Of a stretch of DNA of 64,000 nucleotides, positions 12,867-26,799 are shown piece by piece. Numbering within the stretch: position 1 is the stretch's first letter; each line of letters starts with the position of its first letter. A program made the translations under genes and the position numbers. The notes beneath the pieces were generated by a model. The model was not told the DNA's origin. It made no database searches and was given only the letters and a program-made list of their open reading frames with translations. Source of the stretch: Rhina ancylostomus (Eukaryota); assembly GCA_030265395.1 (NCBI GenBank), contig JARFYF010000061.1, positions 14,495,032 to 14,559,031 on the forward strand. The letters are read 5' to 3'.

Positions 12867-13041
12867 CGTCTTTGGAATGTGGGAGGAAACCGGAGCACCC
12901 GGAGGAAACCCACGCAGACACGGGAGAACGTACAAACTCCTTAACGACAGCAACGGGAATTGAACCCTGATCACTGGCTCTGTAATAGCGTTGCGCTAAC
13001 CGCTACGCTACCGTGCTGCCCATTACGCTACTGTGCCGCCC
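12867..13041 (-). mobile_element. V-SINE 5' half (3' part in gap), young, with duplicated head
   Basis: CpG-intact V domain and tRNA head. An 18-nt head segment is repeated (13004-13021 and 13024-13041). Confidence 0.88.
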
Positions 13042-13489
13042 GTTGGGACCAATATTGTTGCCCAAACTATTGGACAGGAAACATTCTACTCTTTCCTCTG
13101 TTATCCATCCACAATCTTCAAAGGCAACTTTCTGCCCCAACACATTCCAAAGAATCATATAGTTAGGTTTATCTAACTTCCTAGCCCAGGTAAAAATACT
13201 TGGGCATAGCTTCAAGAAAATTCAACAGATAAAGTGTATTCTTTACTTGAGGACTGGATGTGAGAATCAGTCAGCTAGTGCAATGCAGGAAGTGTGGCTT
13301 TTGAATCATTCTGGGTGGATGAACTAAGATTGGCAAAGTTAAGGTCCTCCTTTACAATTATTTTAAGAGTGGCCAAAGAAAAGTCCTGCAACCTGCAATC
13401 ACAATCAGATTTTAATGTATGCCCAGCAGCATGTCAAGTCACTGTTTTCTGCTCAGTTGAGGTGGCTCCATTAGAGGTGAGAATTATAG

Positions 13490-13800
13490 AGACGTAGATT
13501 ACTTCAGCCCACTGAGTCTGTGTTCAAATACACATGTACACTAACCCTACACTAATTGTTTTTTATTCTCCACATACTCCCAACACCCCTTCCCCCTCAC
13601 AGATTAAGGACAATGTACAGAGGCCAACTTACCACCAACCCACACGTTGTTGGAATGTGGGAGAAAACCAGAGTATCCATGAAACCTAAGCAATCACAGA
13701 GAGAATGTGCAGTCTCCACACAGACAGCACCAGAAGCTGGGACTGAACCCGGGTCTCTAGAACTATGAGGCAGTGGCTTGACTAGCTGCACCATTGTCAT
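13490..13800 (-). mobile_element. Older V-SINE
   Basis: ggaatgtgggagaaaaccagagta...ctccacacagacagcacc...gactgaacccgggtctc...gctgcaccattg. Confidence 0.8.
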
Positions 13801-15299
13801 CTATCTTCACTGGAACATGTGTTTGTCAAAAAGATCTAGAAATGGATGGAGAGGCCTTTGTTGTGGTTCATTCCAAGCAGCTGCATAACACTGCGCTACA
13901 TGGGCATTGATGTACATTGAGTTAAATAAACACTGATGCTGGGGAAAGATATGCTTTCGTCTGCCCAATACTTGCTGATCTTCCATTGCAAAGAATGGAG
14001 TACAACTGAATGTGGCAAGCTAGCACATTCCAAGGTGTAGGACTAAGTGCTGAGAGAAGAACTGAGGCTTGGAGCTGCCACAGAGGTTCTATGGGGGAAG
14101 GGGGCACAGTCCAAGGCTCTTCCACCACTGTTCACAGAGTGGCTGAGCCCTGTGTAATACCTCTTAAACCTAATGTTGACAGAATGTCTGTGACAGAAAA
14201 ATGTATGACATGTTGTAACTCTTTAAAGCAAATATAATGAAACATCAGAGACAGTGAATGACAACGAATGAATACCCATACTGCATATTTGCAAATTTAA
14301 TGCATGTATATTTTTAAGGGGAAAAAATTCTGTTCAGCTGCCTGTAGAGTGGCCCCATCTTTATGTTTATCCATGCCAGCTCTGAGCAGTACCTAACTAG
14401 TGAAAGTCCAGATTGTTTTTAACAAAAGTGTAGAGCAGCACATTGCAGAGAAGAAACATTTTCCCTGATACTCTCAATCTACAACAGTTATAACATGAAA
14501 ATCCAAAAAATGCAGAAAGTGCTGGAAACATCCAAGGTGTTCTATACATCATATACATCTTTTCTATGCCATTAACACCTCCCATACTTTTACAAAATCT
14601 CCTTTGAGGAGTTAACATTCCTAGTTCCACCAGTCGATCTGTAACTCAATCCTCTCAGGGAACTCATGTGCCCATTTTGTGAGAATGTTAAAGAGTTGAC
14701 TAAATGTGATCGTCATTTGTGTGCATGAATACTTAAAAAGCAATTTGCAAACTTCCTCAACTGACATTAATCAAGTTCGTCCTCAGTTACCCCTGTTTCG
14801 CGGATCCCAACCGTGGTCATTTACAGCAGGTTACTGTATCAACCAGTCTTGAGGTAATTTATCTCTCTTTCATTGTTATCATTTCCTTATTTCTCATTTT
14901 TCACTTTGGCATATCTTTAAGCTCAGTAGTTTTTTTTCCCTTTGGACCCTCTTTAAAGTGACTCCCCCATGTGAACTGCCACTTCTGACTATTAAACTTT
15001 GGATATTGCTATTCTACTCTTGTACTTCAAAGGGAGCATTTAACCGGTTTGCCATATAACATTTAATACTTCAAAGCCTTGATGCAAAAATGTCCATTCT
15101 TCAGGCAGTTAGTTTATCAATCCACAGCTTGACTAGTCCGTTGTGTGTTATTAATATTATTGAGACAGTGCATCATACTTCCAAGATTTTTCTGATTAGG
15201 CAAGCAATTTTGTAATCCTTCAGTATCCCAAACTTCTACAAATCACCCTGGTTAATGTTTCTGTGAAAGCTTCTCTTTTTTTTAAAAGAGGTAACATTT

Positions 15300-15550
15300 A
15301 AACATAATAGTAACGAGAACTGCACACAATGTTCGAAGTGTAGCATAACCAATCCCTTGTACAGCTGCAACATGATGTCTCAGCTCTTACACTCAATACC
15401 CCTGCATATGAAGGCAAGCAAGCTAAATGCCTTCTGCACTGCCCTATCTACCTGTGTCACCATTTTCAGGGAGTAATGAACGCACCCCAAGGTGCCTCTG
15501 TACATCAATGCTTCCAAGGTCCCTGCTGTTTACAGTGTATGTCCAGCCAG
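15300..15550 (-). mobile_element. CR1 LINE fragment
   Basis: gaactgcacacaatgttcgaag...cttgtacagctgcaacat...aaggcaagc is the reverse of the LYK-LV-LE-CVQF region. Confidence 0.7.
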
Positions 15551-17134
15551 AAGAAGAGCACAAGAAGAAAATATAGACATATATTTCTGGTTTCATGTGT
15601 TAAACATACAATGTTTATAAGCATTGTCTTCTGCTTCTGAAATTCAGTTTGATGAGGCTAGATTTTACCGCAAAATGTCAGCATATCCCCATGGAACCGC
15701 GAATAATTCCCAGCATAATCCAAGTTCAGGATTCCTGCATAAATGTGGAAGTTCTGAAACTGCTGGTTGCACATTGCTGGTGTTGTTCTGACTGGGCTTC
15801 AATGCTGGGCTCCTCAAGGAATCTAGTGATAGTGCACAAAGTTTTACCAGTTCCCCAGCACTTTGCAATGGTGAATCTGCCTGCTGAGTCCTGTACCAGG
15901 TTAGGCCTAGAGTGCAGAAGCAGTGACTCCATTCATTCAGATGGAGGGGAATGGCCGATGGCCATGAGGGACCTAAGTATTATGCAATTCACAATTTTTT
16001 AAGTGAATTGAGTTTAATTAAAAAATATAATCCTTTGCACATGTTCTGTTTATGTTTTAGTTATTATTTATCTTTTTTAGCAATTTTTAATATTTTAAAT
16101 TGTTTTTAATAATATTGATTGATTTTTGAATATTCTTGAATATCAGACATTCAGAAATATGCATAGTTTTTATTTGGTTTGACAGCTGGTTTTGCTGACT
16201 CAGTTTTCTTTTGGATTTTCATATTTAGGAACTTTTCTATTCTCCCCATCTCCTGTAAATAGATACCCCACTCTACAAGGCAGCTTTGGAGCTTCTGCTG
16301 GTTCCTCTGGAGAGGTTGGTGTAGAAGGCTATTCACTCTGGGGAGTAAAATGATGGAGGCCCAGTTGAAAGTAGAAGAAAAAGTGGAATATTGTCCAGTT
16401 TGTGACCTAAGCAAATGCTAAAGACATTCACTGGCCTCTAAAGGATTGTCACAAAAAGTGGACTAGTGCTTTGCTTCCTTTTACAACATTGAATTACAAA
16501 TCATCTTTGCTTGATTTTACAATGCTGCATTTTTGAGTTCTTCTGACAACATAGTTATAGAGTCAAAAAGCACAGAAGCAGGCCCACTATGTCCATGCTA
16601 ACCATCAANNNNNNNNNNNNNNNNNNNNNNNNNNNNNNNNNNNNNNNNNNNNNNNNNNNNNNNNNNNNNNNNNNNNNNNNNNNNNNNNNNNNNNNNNNNN
16701 NNNNNNNNATAAATTATTCCTCCCACTCATACTCAATGATTACGGGATGTTATGTCATATCTAAATTTAGAGAATATCCGTTGATATATTTCTGGATCTA
16801 GTTTGAACTTCAAAATATTATGGGGACCTTCACTGAACTACTTTCAAAATCACTGATTTGGTGCTCACTGTACGGACATTGGCCAATACTACTGTGTTTT
16901 TATGATGTTATTAAACAGATTTGGTTTTGGTCGTGGGGTTAGATTTTTTATAATAAAATTATTACAACTTATCAATATCAATTGATTTTTTTTTGTTTAT
17001 CGATATGAAGCATTGTGATTTCTAGTGTGATTCAATGTAATCTATTTTGTAATATTTTCTTTTTTCCTTTGTTTCATGTATTTTGTACTTCTTATTTGAA
17101 ATTAATAAAAGTATTGAAAAAGAAAGAAATTCTT

Positions 17135-17410
17135 CTCAGGTGCTGTGGGAACATCTGCCTCCACCAACCACTCAGGCAATGCGTTCCAGATTCCAGCCAC
17201 CCTCTGGGTGTAAATATTCTCCCTATATCCCCTCTTACCCCTCACCTTAAGCCTATATCTTCTAGTTTTAGACACTTCTGCTATGGGGTAAAGTTTTCTT
17301 CCAACTTTCCCGTCTATGCGCATCACAATTTTTATACCTCTCTCAGATCTCCCCTCAGTCTACTCTGTTCCAGGGACAACAAGCCTGTACTATCCTGGAT
17401 CTTCTCATAA
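17135..17410 (-). mobile_element. CR1 LINE 3' fragment
   Basis: Minus-strand ORFs SLEQSRLRGDLREV and SKTRRYRLKVRG...TQRVAGIWNALP. Confidence 0.82.
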
Positions 17411-17698
17411 TTGAACTGTGCCAAATAACAACAAAAGTGCTGAAAATACTCAGCATGCCAGGCTGCATCTGTGGGAAGAGGTTTCAGTCTTTGGCCTGAA
17501 ATGTTAACTCTGTTTCTCTTACCATAGATGTAGCCTGAGCTGCTGAGCATTTCCAATGCTTTCTGTTTTTATTTTAGATTTCCAGCATCTGCAGTTCTTT
17601 GTTTTGATTTCCATTGAAACATCCCGTCTTCTGAATGATTCCAGATAAGACTGTAAAAAAGCTTGTGCATATGGAACAATGCATACTAAATAAATACT

Positions 17699-17948
17699 GG
17701 GGCAGCACGGTAGTGTAGCAGTTAGTGCGACGCTATTACAGCGCCAGCGATTGGGGTTCGATTCCCATCGCTGTAAGGAGTTTGAACATTCTCCCATGTC
17801 TGCCTGGGTTTCCTCTGGGTGCTCCGGTTTCCTCCCACATTCTAAAAGACGTACAGGTAGGTTAATATGGGGTTTAAAATGGGCGGCGCGGACTCGTTGG
17901 GCCGGAAGGGCCTGTTACCATGCTGGAAATAAAATTTAAATTTAATTT
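17699..17948 (+). mobile_element. tRNA-derived V-SINE (HE1-like) with CR1-type tail
   Basis: A box (ggtagtgtagcagttag), B box (gggttcgattccc), V domain gggtttcctctgggtgctccggtttcctcccacattc, tail gggccggaagggcctgtt + (aaattt)n. Confidence 0.9.
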
Positions 17949-19374
17949 ATAACTAGTATTAAGGATACAAGGAAAGCACCACAATTGTTTTTCTCTTTCT
18001 GCACCTGTCTTTAACTATTGAAGTGTGTTGAGTTTGGGGCCGTGCCCTTCTTCTGATGAAACCACAACTCCAACCTCCTAAAGCTCAGTCCTTCAGGATC
18101 ATTACACTTTACAACGCATCTCAAAAGCTCTTTAGTGTTTGAGTTTTAGAAGATCACTAAGGAAGAAGACATAGCACTCCGGCAACTGTTCACCATCTTT
18201 CCAAATTCACAGGAATGTGCATGGCCCAGCTCTTCACTCTGTGTTGTTGCCTCTGTCCTCTGACATGTGATAGCAGAAAATCCAGACAAACAACCAGCTT
18301 AAGTGACCAATGGACAAGACACCCATCTATTGCTGCTTGAGACACTCTTTTCCTTATAGAACCAAGCTGGGTAAGTTATAGTCAGCTAGGTCGCCTAAAC
18401 TCAACATACTGTATAGCTTCTTGTATTCTATACTTCCTTCTTTGGAGCCTGCAGATGAGAACTAGCAAAGAGATATCAACATGTTCTGCCTAAATGGAGC
18501 TCAGTTACAGTCTCTTACACAAACAGACACCTGTCACAATAACTCACTGACTTGACTCTCCGTTAAATGTTTACTCAGCCATGCCTGCAGTGCATCAGCC
18601 AATGGAAAGCTGCACTTATTACCCCCAGCATTGGATGTAACGAAATAACATGTTGTCCTTTCATCTCTTCAAAACCTGGGGTGGAACCCAGCCCCAACTC
18701 TCAAAATGAAAACTGGAATTCTCTGCTGATTATAACAACTCCTTGCACATATCACATAGCAAGATATCTCAACATTCCAAATGAGATAAATTTGGTCAGT
18801 TGCAAGTCTGTTCCAAATGGCAAGTTTAAACTATCATCCAAATTTGTAATTTTATTCAAAGGCAATTTTATTCTTGGTGTATGGGAAGTTGAACCTTTGA
18901 TACTAGGAAAATTTGAGGTCATGTTCTGAGGTGAAATTGCATGCATCCTCATGTGACAGGATAAAGTTCCCTTATATTCCATACCCCTTTCTGCAGCTGA
19001 TCTTGTGATCTATCAGCCTGGTAGTGAGGTGTATTATTCCCTAATGCTGACATACCTCATCTTGATGAGCAAAAAACAAATAAACTAAAAGGTACAATTT
19101 ATTTTCTTGCTGCTGGATACCATCAAAATGATAAAGTGCCTGATATGCTCAACCTTTAAATATTACTCTGCTCTTAACCAAAGAGTTTTTGCAACTAAAG
19201 AGTTCTTTCTAAAATACTGACATGGTGTTCTCATTCAAATGTTGACTGCCTTGATCTTGTTTTTGACAATGTTCTGTTTTTGTTCACAACATTCAATCAA
19301 TAAAGGACTATTTGAAGCACGGAAATAGCAAGACATAATGTGGCCAAACTACTTAGGCAACGAGGCAGGCCTGG

Positions 19375-19730
19375 GCTCAAGCAGACTTGGGAGGAAGACG
19401 GTAGGGTGAACCAGGCGCAGAGACAGATGGAGCGAAGGGGCGGGCAGCCAAATGCAATGTGGAGCAGAGTGAGGCAGGGAGAGTGGGAGGCGATTGGAAG
19501 TAGACCAGGCAACGTGAAGAGGTGCAGGGCGATGAGCCAGTGCACCAGGTAGGGGGAAAGCACGAACNNNNNNNNNNNNNNNNNNNNNNNNNNNNNNNNN
19601 NNNNNNNNNNNNNNNNNNNNNNNNNNNNNNNNNNNNNNNNNNNNNNNNNNNNNNNNNNNNNNNNNNNGGAATTGGAAGTGGTCCGGACAATGTGAAGAGG
19701 GTGCGGCAGAGCAGGGTGAAGCGGAAAATG
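19375..19730. repeat. Purine-rich degenerate minisatellite spanning a gap
   Basis: ATTGGAAGT.G.CC.G.CAA.GTGAAGAGG and AGGGTGAA units recur on both sides of the 100-N gap. Confidence 0.55.
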
Positions 19731-20594
19731 ATGCGGTTAAATGGGTTTAGTGTAGATGAGGCAGCATAGACATGGAGGCCTGAAGAGGCTGCTCTGTGCT
19801 GTATGACGCTATGCTATGACATTCTACAGACTTTCCCAGGCTGACCTATATTTTCATCAACTAGTTCTTCAGATCTAACTAATTTTTAACTGAAAGGGCA
19901 TTAGAGATTATTCTCCATAATCCAAACAAAGGCTATGTGATCTCCTCTGTGCCATAATTTTCCTATGATTACATGATGATAAATTCCACAATGTATGACT
20001 GTTGCTCCATTATGCTCAGTGTCTCTTCGTTACACAGCCTTTAGTCCTAACTGTCTTCACCTACTTTCTGTCCTCCAATATCCTAATTTGAGATTTTTGA
20101 AGCCCAGTATTGGTACAATCTGTGTTAGGACAAGCTTTGACAATGTTTCTCAGTGATTAATTTATTTGTATACTGGTATGAATTGGAATGGTGCAAGTCT
20201 TTTACTCCTTTGAGAGTGGATTTATTTGACACCCGAAGGAAAACAGAATGCTGAACTCGCATCTGAATATTTCACATCNNNNNNNNNNNNNNNNNNNNNN
20301 NNNNNNNNNNNNNNNNNNNNNNNNNNNNNNNNNNNNNNNNNNNNNNNNNCTTAATTCTCCATTGGTATCAGTGATTGAGGAGACAAAACAAAAAGAGTTA
20401 TTTTACACATCCGAGCTCTTGGATTTGAACACTACTTAAGGCATGATCTTTATGAAATGGCAGACCAAGCTCGGTCTGGATGGCCTACTCCTACTTCTAG
20501 TTCTTATTGTCTTAACATAGCAAAGTGTTCAAAGATGCCCCACAGAAGCATTAGCTACCAACAGTTTACACCACACCACAAAGGTCTTGCACAA

Positions 20595-21670
20595 CACATA
20601 AAGATTGGTGGTGTTGTGGACAGCATAGAAGATTGGCAAAGGATACAGCAGGATATAGATCAGTTGCAGATATAGGTGGAGAAGTGGCAGATGGTGTTTA
20701 ATCTGGGCTAGGAGATCAAATGTAATGGACAGTACATTGTTAATGGCAAGACCATTAACAGTGTTGATGTACAGAGGGATCTTGGAGTCCAAGTCCATAG
20801 CTCCCCAAAAGTGGCTGCACAGGTTGATAGGGTGGTTAAAAAATGTGTATGTACTTGCCTTTATTAGTCGAGGCCTTGAGTTCAAAAGTTGGGAAGTTAT
20901 ATTGCAGCGCTATAAAACTCTAGTTAGGCTTTGTCTAGAGTACTGCATTCATTTCTGGTTGTCTCATATTTGGAAGGATCTGGAGGCTTTGGAGAGGGTG
21001 CAGAGGAGGTTTACCAGGATGTTGNNNNNNNNNNNNNNNNNNNNNNNNNNNNNNNNNNNNNNNNNNNNNNNNNNNNNNNNNNNNNNNNNNNNNNNNNNNN
21101 NNNNNNNNNNNNNNNNNNNNNNNNCTGGTTGTCTCATATTTGGAAGGATCTGGAGGCTTTGGAGAGGGTGCAGAGGAGGTTTACCAGGATGTTGCCTGGA
21201 TTAGAGGCTATGTGCTTTAAGGAGAGATTGGACAAACTTGTTTTTTTTTCTCTGGAGTGGCAGAGGCTGAGGGGAGACCTGATAGAGGTTTATAAGATTA
21301 TGAGAGGCATAGAGTAGACAGGCAGTATCTTATCCCAGCATTGAAATGTCTAATACCAGAGGGTATGCATTTAAGGTGAGAGGGGATAGGTTCAAAGGTG
21401 ATGTGTGGGGCAAGTCTTTTTTATACAGAGTGGTGGTGCCTGGAATGCAATGCCGGGGTGGTGGTGGAGGCAGATACAATAGAGGCATTCAAAAGGCTCT
21501 GAGATAGGCACATGAATGTCCAGGAAATGGAGGGATAAGGACATTGTGTAGGCAGAAGTGATTAGTTAGGCATTTGATTACTAGTTTAATCAGGTCCGCA
21601 CATTATTGTGGGCCAAAGGACCTGTTCCTTTGCTTGTACTGTNNNNNNNNNNTACTGTTCTATGTTCTAT
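20595..21670 (+). mobile_element. CR1 LINE 3' fragment (spans a gap)
   Basis: KIGGVVDS...IQQDIDQL; YKTLVRLCLEYCIHFW; LERVQRRFTRMLPGL...RLRGDLIEVYKIMRG; 3' tail with (ttctatg) repeats. Confidence 0.9.
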
Positions 21671-22330
21671 AATTGGACAGATGAGTAAAGGTTTAATTTA
21701 GGGAGGCTTTAAGGAGTTTCTTAAAGGAGAAAAATGAAATAGAGGAGCAAAGACACTTGGTGTTGAAACCCAGAGTTTGGAGCCTCAGCAGCTGAGGACA
21801 TGACTGCCAGTTGTGATCTGATTAAAGACAGAATGCTCATGAGGCTGAAAATGGAGGAGCACATATCTCCCAGCTCATTGTAAAAGGTACGGACGGGTAA
21901 TGTTGTGAAGGAATTCGAAAATAAAGATGAGAATTTTAAAAGTGAACTATTGTTTAACTGGGAACCAGTGTAGGTCATCAAGCCTGGAGAGGTGGAGTTA
22001 AGGAAAGATCAAAATTAAGACAATGAGCTGCAGAAATAAGGATGACTGATGGTATAACTTAGGACACTGGTCAAGACTGCACACCTTCACTTACTTTAAG
22101 CAGATGAATTAATACAGGAGAGGGGTTGATAATGCTCCAGTGGAAATAAATGGTCTGGGTGAATCTCTTAAGTATGTGCTTAGCAGTACGTCTTGAATCC
22201 AAGCAAGCACAAGTCTTCCAAACAATCTGGTTCAACCTCAAACAATTGTCAGTGATAGGGATGGAGTCAGTGGCTGGGAAAAAATTTGTGGCAGTGTCTG
22301 AAACTAATGATACTCCAATTCTTTTCTGGG
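21670..22330 (-). mobile_element. L2-like LINE remnant
   Basis: tttaaggagtttcttaaaggag...cccagagtttggagcc..gcagctgagg...gaattttaaaa...aactgggaaccagtg, the reverse L2 C-terminal pattern. Confidence 0.55.
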
Positions 22331-24242
22331 AAATTTCAAAAATAATCTTACACATACTGGGAACTAGGATTTATGCTGAATTTAATAGTGTTGCGAGATT
22401 TTTTAAGATAGTTTCTTCATAATGTTCAGGATATAATGACAATAAGATGTAAAGATGACAAAAACATGTGAAGGTTTCTATGAATAATCATAGTCAAGCA
22501 TTGGCTTTCCAAATATTAAAATACTTGTGTTTGGTCAAGATTATTGTAGTTGAAGGTATTACACCAGCATACTTGACCCCTTCTAAAGGGAAAAATATAT
22601 AACTGTAGTACTTATAGGCATTGTGCCCAGGCTGATAAGAATCATATGCATATGTTAAGGACGTGCCAAGCCACAATGAAATTCTGGGAGGATGTCTTTG
22701 ATTTCCTGGAGAGTATATTGAAGTACACACTAGCATGAAATGCTAAAATAGCAATTACTGGAAAAACACTGCTGTACAGCGAGCCTATAAATCATGACAA
22801 TTGTCTTAGTTAGGTGTAGTTCTTTAATATGTATATTACAGCATTGAAAAGCAATGAAATCATCTACCACATACAAAAGAATAGGAAAATAAACAGCTTG
22901 AAATGATTTAGAGTGAACTATTGGTTAAAAGAATTGCAAGCGTGAGAACAAAAATCTCTTTAGATATCTGTATTAAAGTCATTAAAATTATAATTTTTTC
23001 CATGAAAAAGGAGATGCAGGGAAAGGAATAAACAAAGTGACCTTTCCATCAATTCTTAGAAGAAAATGTAGCTCATTCCAGTTAGTTGTTTTCTTCATTG
23101 GCACCTTTATTGCCTGGGAAACGGTACTGGTGGGACATTCCTAAATATATTCATAATATTAAGATGGTAGTCATTTCAATAATGGGGAAGTAAAGTGATT
23201 GCAACCTGGTGGTGCAATTTGTGGGTTTTCCTGTGAAACATATCTGCCATTGAACTTTGGCATGAATATTACTGGTGTGTGACAAGACGATCAGGAGTTG
23301 TCTCTACTTTCATTAGCTCGCTCCCCCTACTTCCCAAGAGAGCCAATTCTCATGCAGAAAAGCAGTAATAGAAGTAAACTGAAAATGAAGATAATATAAG
23401 CTTTGCTAACAGTTCCCTTTTTGCAGACTTTATCCGGGCAGGTGAGACTATGAAATCTTGGTGTTCTTTTACCAGCCAAAGCACATGTGGTGTTTAAGAT
23501 ACTTCGTAACTTGTATCTGGGAAGATATTATAAAGGGAAGGATATCTTTTGAAAAAATCCTGAGATCCTTGTGTTCACATCTGAAACAGAAATCTGAACC
23601 AAAAAGAAGACAGAGACAGTGGAAAAGGAATGGTTTCTCTTGAATATTAATCAAACTCTGGTTTATATGTCTATTAATTAAATTGCATGGTGTTTCAATA
23701 TTGTTTTCTTCACTGAGTATATGAAGTTCAAATAGCATCCACTTGAAGGTTCCCTTCAATACTTCAATCAAAAAGTTTGAAATCAAATTGCTTTCAGGAC
23801 TATGTGGTTTCCTTCATATGTATTTTAATTCCGAGTGTGAGTGAGAGCCGTTGAATAATACCATCTCTTGACAACCCTGGCTCTACAATATAGGCTCCTT
23901 AGCTTCCTCTGAAACTTCAAACACTAGCAGGCTTTTAACTACTGCATCATCTGACACACATTCACACACAGTTGTGGTGCTTTGAATTTCAGAGGAGAAT
24001 GAAGCGCTGACAATTAGAAAAATATTACCTGCTACTATTGATACAATATCTAAATATCAAACCAGCTGCTATACATCAGAATTAATATTGGTCCCTGAGA
24101 TTTTAGTGGCATAACAGACATTGCTTTAGGGAGATGTTAAAGTGAAACTACACACTTTCTAAAATTGACAATATTAGTTGCTCTTTTATTTGTTGTGTTT
24201 AAATCCAAATTAATAAATAATTCAGAATATTCTCCATCATTG

Positions 24243-24790
24243 GCTGCACATGGAGTACTGCATTCAATTCTGGTTGCCCCATCATAAGAAGGATGTGAAT
24301 GGTTTGGAAAGGGTGCAGAAGAGGTTTACCAGGACCCTTCCTGGACTAGAGGGTATGAGCCGTAAGGAGAGGTTGGACAAACTTGTGTTGTTTTTTATGG
24401 AGCACCTGAACTGAGGGGAGACCTGAGTTTATAAAATCATGAGAGGCATAGAGAGAGTACACAGCCGGTATCTTTTTTCCAGGGTTGAAATGCTAATACT
24501 AGAGGGTATACAATTAAGGTTAGGGAGGAAAATTTAAACGAGATGTGCGGGGCAAGTTTTATTTTTACACAAGTGTCAAATCCATTGAAAACTACACCTG
24601 GCCTTTGGACTTCCTGGAAGCAGATACGGTAGTGGCATTTAAGAGGTTGTTAGATAGACACATGAATATGCAGGGAATGGAGGGATATAGATCATCCTTA
24701 GGTAGAAGGGAATTAGTTTAATTCGGCATTGTGTTCAGCACAGACATTGTGGGCTGAAGGGCCTGTTCCTGTGCTGTACACTTCTCTGTT
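24243..24790 (+). mobile_element. CR1 LINE 3' fragment
   Basis: Closely similar to 20930-21650 (gagtactgcattcaattctgg...gggctgaagggcctgttcctgtgctgta). Confidence 0.88.
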
Positions 24791-25780
24791 CTTAGGCAAA
24801 ACCTTGGGTTGAGAAAGATTTGCTTCCACTATGGCTGCTGAAGTCAATGTGGAACCCACAATTGAGCTGTGAGGTACTTAACAGAGTGTGTGGGTGATAT
24901 TTAGGAAGTGGTGCACTCCTGCTGCTTATACTGGATTTCTGTGTGATCTCAACAAATGGACTTAAAGGTTCTCAATACCAGCCTCAATGTTCCTTATCCA
25001 TGTTGAGCATTCATGGGCTAGGGATTCCCATGAGTCAGAGGGAATGTAGCATTTTTTTTCCCCAAGGAAGTTGAGGGAAGATCATTGAATTATTCCCACT
25101 GTCCATCTGTAAATCTCTTGCTGAGAGAGAGCTGGTGTAAAGGATCTGCTCGGGTGTGGGATTGGGCATGTGTCTATGTATAATTAGGGCCTCAGTATGA
25201 CTATGTTGGCCTTGCAGAGGACACTGATGTTGTTTTGCTTATCCTGTTGTAACATTTTCAGAGAAGGCACTGATGTTATCTCTCCAGGACTTTGAGATGT
25301 CTGCTGTAGGTAGTCCATGTTTCAGAGGTGCCCATGAAGGCAATAATCATTGCTGCCCATCAGATCATGAGCTTTGTTCCAGGTTTGAGGCATTGATCTT
25401 CAAGTAGAGGCCAATACTGCTCTTTGCACTTCTCTTGGATTTGACCAGCAGTGAAGATCACGTCCACTCTGCCTCTTGATGCACAGAATCCACACTGCGA
25501 TTTGAGGAGCAGCTCTTCAGCCATTGGGAGGTGGTGGTTGAGGAGGACCCCAGGGATAACTTCTCCTGTGGTAGACAACAGCAAGACCCGACTTATTCAC
25601 CCAGATTTGTCTGCTTTCTTGATTGGTCAGTATTATAATGTCTGAGGTGCCCTGGCATCTCCTCCTCTTCCCAGACATGGGAGATGAGGTGAATTTTAGG
25701 CAGAAGATTTTCTCTGCAAATTGTTAGAATTTCAGCATGGATACTACTCCTGAGGTCTGGTAGTTTTCCCAACACATTCC
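24790..25780 (-). mobile_element. RTE-clade LINE remnant
   Basis: ORFs LLSTTGEVIPGVLLNHHLPMAEELLLKSQCGF...RGRVDVIFTAGQIQEKCKEQ and IHAEIL...VWEEEEMPGHL. Same family as 8405-9225. Confidence 0.88.
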
Positions 25781-26399
25781 TTTTCTGTAGAATTTTGGAT
25801 GAAGTTCAATGTGGACTCCAGGTACCAGGCAAGGAATTTGTTGTCACTATAGCTACCAGGGTAGCCTTAAGGCTAAAGGAGACCTTTCATAACAATCTTG
25901 ATTTTTGATGCAACACTTCACTGTTCTGTGATATGTCCTGGTTGATACTTAAGGATAACAACTACAATGCTGCAGATTTAGAGGATTATCTCTACTGTTT
26001 ATCAGATCAGTTTGCCTCTGCTTGTTCTTCTCATCCTTTCAAGCAAGCAGTTTTATTCCAAATGTTTAATGATTTAAGGTATTTAAAAGCTGTAAAAATG
26101 GAATAAATAGAGATTTTAAAAAAGTGTATTAAAGTACATAAAAACAAACAATTAAAAATATTCAACTGAAATAAAATAATTACATTCTTGTTTGCCTTTG
26201 GATCAGCAGGCCTATAATCTCCAAGGGGTTCAATGCCATCTCAAATCCCATATCAGGTTTGTCACAGGAACTGAGGGAGGATCTTCAATTAGATCAGCCA
26301 TTGTATAGCAGAGCAAATGGCCAACTCCTGCTTCTATCTCAAGTTCTTCAAAGCAAGATGGATCTCAGCTCCCATAGAAGCTAATACAGAGCACATCAT

Positions 26400-26702
26400 C
26401 AGTTTTAAGAAGACCATCATCATCCTGGTACCAAAGAAAAGCAAGGTAATGTGCCTCAGTGACTACCGACCAGTGGCTCTGACATCTACCACCATGAAGT
26501 GCTTTGAGAGGATGGTCATGGCACGCATCAACTCCAGCCTGCCGGGCAATCTGGACCCATTGCAAATTGCCTATCACCAAAACAGGTCTACAGTGGATGC
26601 CATCTCCCTGGCTCTACACTCAGCTCTGGAGCATCTGGACAGTAAAGACACATACGTTAGACTATTGTTTATTGACTACAGCTCTGCCTTCAATACAATA
26701 AT
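26400..26702 (+). mobile_element. Rex1/Babar LINE RT fragment (ends at gap)
   Basis: [12 protein letters not shown]...[19 protein letters not shown]...LDPLQIAY...[16 protein letters not shown], open frame. Confidence 0.92.
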
Positions 26703-26799
26703 NNNNNNNNNNNNNNNNNNNNNNNNNTCCAGCATGGAATCCATGTGCTGGGCAACAAGGCATTAATGGAGCCAAATTGAGGGCCAGAACTCAGAACCA

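Noticed and set aside
17699-17775. tRNA-like A and B boxes
   Set aside because: This is the head of a V-SINE continuing into the V domain. There is no complete cloverleaf.
20955-21194. ~70-nt exact duplication on either side of a 100-N gap
   Set aside because: Overlapping contig ends around a gap. This is an assembly artefact, not a tandem repeat.
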